From Crocosphaera subtropica ATCC 51142 (GTDB lineage: Bacteria; Cyanobacteriota; Cyanobacteriia; Cyanobacteriales; Microcystaceae), in NCBI RefSeq assembly GCF_000017845.1, contig NC_010546.1:3060001-3092000 (forward strand): a DNA stretch of 32,000 bases, in the 5' to 3' direction. Below the pieces are notes generated by a model. The model saw only the letters and a program-made list of their open reading frames with translations. It had not been told where the DNA came from and did not search any database. Made by a program: the position numbers and the translations under genes. Below are positions 29,501-32,000 of this stretch, piece by piece. Positions within the stretch are counted from its first letter, which is position 1. The number at the start of each line of letters is the position of its first letter.

Positions 29501-29750
29501 CACGATACACCGCTTGAAATGGGCGATCGCGTTTTTCCCAATGAAAAGAGACACGGAAGGGTTGATGTCTAGCAATAATAGTTTTCCAAGCTTGTTTAAA
29601 CCGAGGAATATTTAAAGCACCCACTAAGGTCAAACATAGTTGAGGTTGATAAACCCCAGAATGAGGAGTTAAAAGAGTATGGAATAAAATGCCCTGTTGT
29701 AGAGGGGAAAGGGGATAAATATCTTCAATATTTTTTTTCTTATCTATCAT
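26580..29750 (-). CDS. Single-module non-ribosomal peptide synthetase (C-A-T), with no TE/R release domain
   Basis: C domain: YPLSPLQQGILFH and HHLILDGWS. A domain: LYTSGSTGNPKG, FDVSVWE, NLYGPTE, GELYLGGEGLARGY, YRTGDL, VKIRGVRLELGEIE and NGKLDRKAL. T domain: FFELGGNSLLA. The protein ends about 45 aa after the T domain. Confidence 0.93.
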   Translation of the reverse strand: MIDKKKNIEDIYPLSPLQQGILFHTLLTPHSGVYQPQLCLTLVGALNIPRFKQAWKTIIARHQPFRVSFHWEKRDRPFQAVYREVKLPWEEQDWRDISPEEQEQKLQEFLEKERKRDFDLKNPPQIRLKLIYLAKNRYYLVWTQHHLILDGWSSGLVVKEVFQQYHGDGNLSLNHPRPYGDYISWLQQQDETVAKTFWKQKLKGFTTPTSWNVPGKSGILAENSSQAEQEIALSPQTTTALKSLAQQQELTLNTVIRGALALLLSYYSGEDDIIFGATGSGRSASLEGINSMVGLFINTLPVRVQVPPQAKLIPWLKQLQVEQGESSQYEYVSLLEIQKNSDLPPGTPLFDTILVFENYPVDPSVAQLSETLTIESVKSTEWTSLPLTILVGGGSELSIKMKYHCDRFSDAVINRLLAHFQTLLTHIIENPQQLLWQIPLLPEQQQGVWSREQREQGAGSRELYIPQLFERQVEKTPNHIAVTFDNQELTYQELNSQANQLAHHLQSLGVKPETLVGICLERSLEMVIAILAILKAGGAYVPIEPTYPLERIKFILHDTQSSILLTDQNFSNCPVETLIHLNRDYFKLSQYPKTNLTPQTTPNNSIYALYTSGSTGNPKGVVNTYRGVLNRLNWMQKAYNLTPDDRVLQKTPYTFDVSVWEFLWTLLNGACLVVAKPGGHQDSGYLANLIIEQNITTVHFVPSMLQVFLEEANASQCHSVKRVICSGEALSVDLKNRFFQTVKAELHNLYGPTEAAIDVTAWTCLPDDYSVPIGKPIDNIQVYVLNAQQKLLPVGVAGELYLGGEGLARGYLNRPDLTAHSFVPNPFQPGERLYRTGDLVRYREDGNLEYLGRIDNQVKIRGVRLELGEIETILSQHPDITACVVLAKEFESGDRRLIAYIQTSQTEDISQKLRQFLEQKLPSYGVPSAFVTLESFPLTPNGKLDRKALLALSQLSKKEVIAPRNTIERKIADIWREILKIDSLSVDDNFFELGGNSLLATRINSRLRQTLSLDLPLRTLFEKPTVASLAERINVIQLSVQPSLVDSTKQRKEIDI
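28364..28414. repeat. Heptanucleotide tandem repeat (coding strand AGGGAGC, about 7 units plus 2 nt, 51 nt in total) in the NRPS C-A linker
   Basis: The plus strand reads GCTCCCT GCTTCCT GCTCCCT GCTCCCT CT GCTCCCT GCTCCAT ACTCCCT. It is translated in frame as GVWSREQREQGAGSREL. Confidence 0.8.
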
Positions 29751-29781
29751 AAGAACTTTTATTTTTTCGATTTTTTTTAAA

Positions 29782-29816
29782 GGCTCTCCTAGATAATTAA
29801 GCTATCTAGAAGAGCC
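29782..29816 (-). other. 14-position stem hairpin (13 bp plus 1 mismatch) between the giant gene 3 stop and the NRPS start
   Basis: GGCTCTCCTAGATA-7nt-TATCTAGAAGAGCC. On the minus strand only TTT follows before an A-run, so it is an attenuator or processing element rather than a clear terminator. Confidence 0.45.
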
Positions 29817-29838
29817 AATTAACATCAGAATTTAGACG

Positions 29839-32000
29839 TTAACCAAAGACAAAATGATCTTCATCCAGTTGAGTCGCCTCAATGTCTAATAAAAGACCGA
29901 AATTTTGTCCGTTGCTAGAGATTAGGGTATTACTGCCTTGTTGAGTCAACGTTAAATCCTCGTAACTCACACCTAAACCACCAATTCCTAATGTATCAAC
30001 ATCAAGTTCAAAATCGGTGATGGTATCAATATCATTAGGTATTTCACCTAAAGCAAACCAAAACTGATCGGCTCCTGTTCCCCCTGTAATAACATTGCGA
30101 TCGCCAAGAAGATAAAAAATATCATCTCCGCCACCTCCAAAAGCTCGGTTGTTGTCACCCAAGAGGAAAGTATCATTACCAGATCCACCATATAAACGGT
30201 TACCACCAGTTCCTGCTGTTGTGTCAATGAGATCATTTCCTGAGCCTGCGAAAACGATATCATCAGTCCCATTAAAGTCGGGAGTAACGCCAGCGTCAAA
30301 GGTATCATTCCCAACAGTCCCAAAGGACAAGATTTCTTCGGTAACAGGTGCTTCAGTCACTTCGAGGGTAACAGTTGTCGTGTCAGAATTATCAGTTCCG
30401 TCATTTGCTTGATAGGTAAAGCTATCTGTCCCTGAAAATCCTTCATTGGGGGTATAGGTAAAGGAACCATCTTCATTGAAATCAAGGGTTCCATTACTTG
30501 GCCCTTCGTCCACAATAGCACTTAAAGGATCACCATCAGCATCTGTATCATTATCTAACACATTACCGGTAATAGCAGCATTTTCTTCCAGGCTATAGCT
30601 ATCATCAGTGGCCACAGGAGGGGTATTCACAGGAGGTGGCGTAATACCGTCAATGGTAATAGTTGCTGTGGCTGTATCCGTTCCTCCTTGTCCATCACTG
30701 ACAGTGTAGTTAAAGCTATCAGTGTCGGTTTCTCCGTCTTCTAAGTTGTCAAAGACTCCATTGGGGTCATAACTATAACTGCCATCACTGTTGAGGGTTA
30801 ATAATGCACCTGAAGCTAAGGTAACTTGACTACCAACATCAGAAGCTTGTCCATTAACTTCAGTAACACTGAGACTGTCTCCATCCGCATCACTATCGTT
30901 GGTTAAAACATTACCAGCAAGAGAAGCATTTTCAGGGGTACTGTTGCTATCATCAGTGGCCACAGGAGGGGTATTCACAGGAGGTGGCGTAATACCGTCA
31001 ATGGTAATAGTTGCTGTGGCTGTATCCGTTCCTCCTTGTCCATCACTGACAGTGTAGTTAAAGCTATCAGTGTCGGTTTCTCCGTCTTCTAAGTTGTCAA
31101 AGACTCCATTGGGGTCATAACTATAACTGCCATCACTGTTGAGGGTTAATAATGCACCTGAAGCTAAGGTAACTTGACTACCAACATCAGAAGCTTGTCC
31201 ATTAACTTCAGTAACACTGAGACTGTCTCCATCCGCATCACTATCGTTGGTTAAAACATTACCAGCAAGAGAAGCATTTTCAGGGGTACTGTTGCTATCA
31301 TCAGTGGCCACAGGAGGGGTATTCACAGGAGGTGGCGTAATACCGTCAATGGTAATAGTTGCTGTGGCTGTATCCGTTCCTCCTTGTCCATCACTGACAG
31401 TGTAGTTAAAGCTATCAGTGTCGGTTTCTCCGTCTTCTAAGTTGTCAAAGACTCCATTGGGGTCATAACTATAACTGCCATCACTGTTGAGGGTTAATAA
31501 TGCACCTGAAGCTAAGGTAACTTGACTACCAACATCAGAAGCTTGTCCATTAACTTCAGTAACACTGAGACTGTCTCCATCCGCATCACTATCGTTGGTT
31601 AAAACATTACCAGCAAGAGAAGCATTTTCAGGGGTACTGTTGCTATCATCAGTGGCCACAGGAGGGGTATTCACAGGAGGTGGCGTAATACCGTCAATGG
31701 TAATAGTTGCTGTGGCTGTATCCGTTCCTCCTTGTCCATCACTGACAGTGTAGTTAAAGCTATCAGTGTCGGTTTCTCCGTCTTCTAAGTTGTCAAAGAC
31801 TCCATTGGGGTCATAACTATAACTGCCATCACTGTTGAGGGTTAATAATGCACCTGAAGCTAAGGTAACTTGACTACCAACATCAGAAGCTTGTCCATTA
31901 ACTTCAGTAACACTGAGACTGTCTCCATCCGCATCACTATCGTTGGTTAAAACATTACCAGCAAGAGAAGCATTTTCAGGGGTACTGTTACTATCATCAG
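29839..32000 (-). CDS. Cadherin-like / VCBS-type tandem-repeat exoprotein with a C-terminal RTX module; 5' end lies outside the window
   Basis: The repeats read PPVATDDSNSTPENASLAGNVLTNDSDADGDSLSV...FNYTVSDGQGGTDTATATITI. The C-terminus has GSGNDLID, GGSGNDTFL, GGGDDIFYL and GGTGADQFW and ends in DHFVFG. nt 31675-32000 repeat the in-frame unit with one synonymous change, so the GTG at 31674 is not the real start. Confidence 0.88.
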   Translation of the reverse strand, partial: DDSNSTPENASLAGNVLTNDSDADGDSLSVTEVNGQASDVGSQVTLASGALLTLNSDGSYSYDPNGVFDNLEDGETDTDSFNYTVSDGQGGTDTATATITIDGITPPPVNTPPVATDDSNSTPENASLAGNVLTNDSDADGDSLSVTEVNGQASDVGSQVTLASGALLTLNSDGSYSYDPNGVFDNLEDGETDTDSFNYTVSDGQGGTDTATATITIDGITPPPVNTPPVATDDSNSTPENASLAGNVLTNDSDADGDSLSVTEVNGQASDVGSQVTLASGALLTLNSDGSYSYDPNGVFDNLEDGETDTDSFNYTVSDGQGGTDTATATITIDGITPPPVNTPPVATDDSNSTPENASLAGNVLTNDSDADGDSLSVTEVNGQASDVGSQVTLASGALLTLNSDGSYSYDPNGVFDNLEDGETDTDSFNYTVSDGQGGTDTATATITIDGITPPPVNTPPVATDDSYSLEENAAITGNVLDNDTDADGDPLSAIVDEGPSNGTLDFNEDGSFTYTPNEGFSGTDSFTYQANDGTDNSDTTTVTLEVTEAPVTEEILSFGTVGNDTFDAGVTPDFNGTDDIVFAGSGNDLIDTTAGTGGNRLYGGSGNDTFLLGDNNRAFGGGGDDIFYLLGDRNVITGGTGADQFWFALGEIPNDIDTITDFELDVDTLGIGGLGVSYEDLTLTQQGSNTLISSNGQNFGLLLDIEATQLDEDHFVFG
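30598..32000. repeat. Tandem array of 348-bp (116-aa) repeats, at least 4 copies and identical as far as I can read, running off the window
   Basis: The marker GCCACAGGAGGGGTATTCAC occurs at 30611, 30959, 31307 and 31655. The copies align without mismatch by eye, except for one G/A difference near 31990. A diverged fifth unit lies at about 30330-30597. Confidence 0.9.

Noticed and set aside
30598-32000. Regularly spaced identical repeats that could superficially suggest a CRISPR array or a satellite.
   Set aside because: The 348-bp units are contiguous with no unique spacers. They are in frame and encode a recognisable cadherin/VCBS-like domain within one long ORF.
13581-32000. I searched the island ORF list for type I secretion components (ABC-C39 exporter, HlyD-type MFP, TolC) and for isiA next to isiB.
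   Set aside because: None of the listed ORFs has Walker A/B, ABC signature, HlyD coiled-coil or CP43-like features. These functions must be encoded elsewhere if they exist, so no such feature is reported.

Overview
This looks like a cyanobacterial chromosomal segment. By eye there are at least about 15 copies of the HIP1 octamer GCGATCGC, the intergenic DNA is AT-rich, and the proteins resemble those of unicellular Cyanothece/Crocosphaera-type organisms.

nt 1-13,100 is ordinary housekeeping DNA:
- a PEP-CTERM exoprotein (5' partial), dusA, a universal stress protein, and a small secreted orphan
- a DUF482/FemAB-like acyltransferase, a RibD-C-type reductase, a HAD hydrolase, a MarC-family protein, and dprA
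- tRNA-Phe(GAA), and a TPP riboswitch followed by thiC
- deoC, a TauE/SafE-type permease, an FKBP isomerase and a phasin-like protein

nt 13,500-32,000 is an accessory island. It holds three very large, acidic, apparently Cys-free, minus-strand genes. All three end in the same roughly 160-aa RTX (GGxGxD) module with the tail ...DHFVFG-COOH.
- Gene 1 (1790 aa) carries a serine beta-lactamase-like domain that appears to be inserted inside a Calx-beta-like domain. It also has two PPC domains.
- Gene 2 (1818 aa) is a Calx-beta-like repeat array with an internal 846-bp tandem duplication.
- Gene 3 (5' partial) consists of 100% identical 348-bp tandem repeats encoding cadherin/VCBS-like domains.

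Interleaved with these are flavodoxin isiB, a 96-aa orphan, and a stand-alone C-A-T NRPS module. I hand-predict this module to load serine. Its C-A linker contains an in-frame heptanucleotide repeat.

The isiB promoter has Fur-box-like operators between its -35 and -10 elements. The upstream regions of genes 1 and 2 are paralogous. They share an 8-1-8 palindrome (TGTGCAAA-T-TTTGCACA) that also sits about 60 nt upstream of the predicted divergent isiB start. This suggests, but does not prove, an iron-stress-linked exoprotein module.

No type I secretion genes, transposases, integrases or CRISPR arrays are visible in the window.
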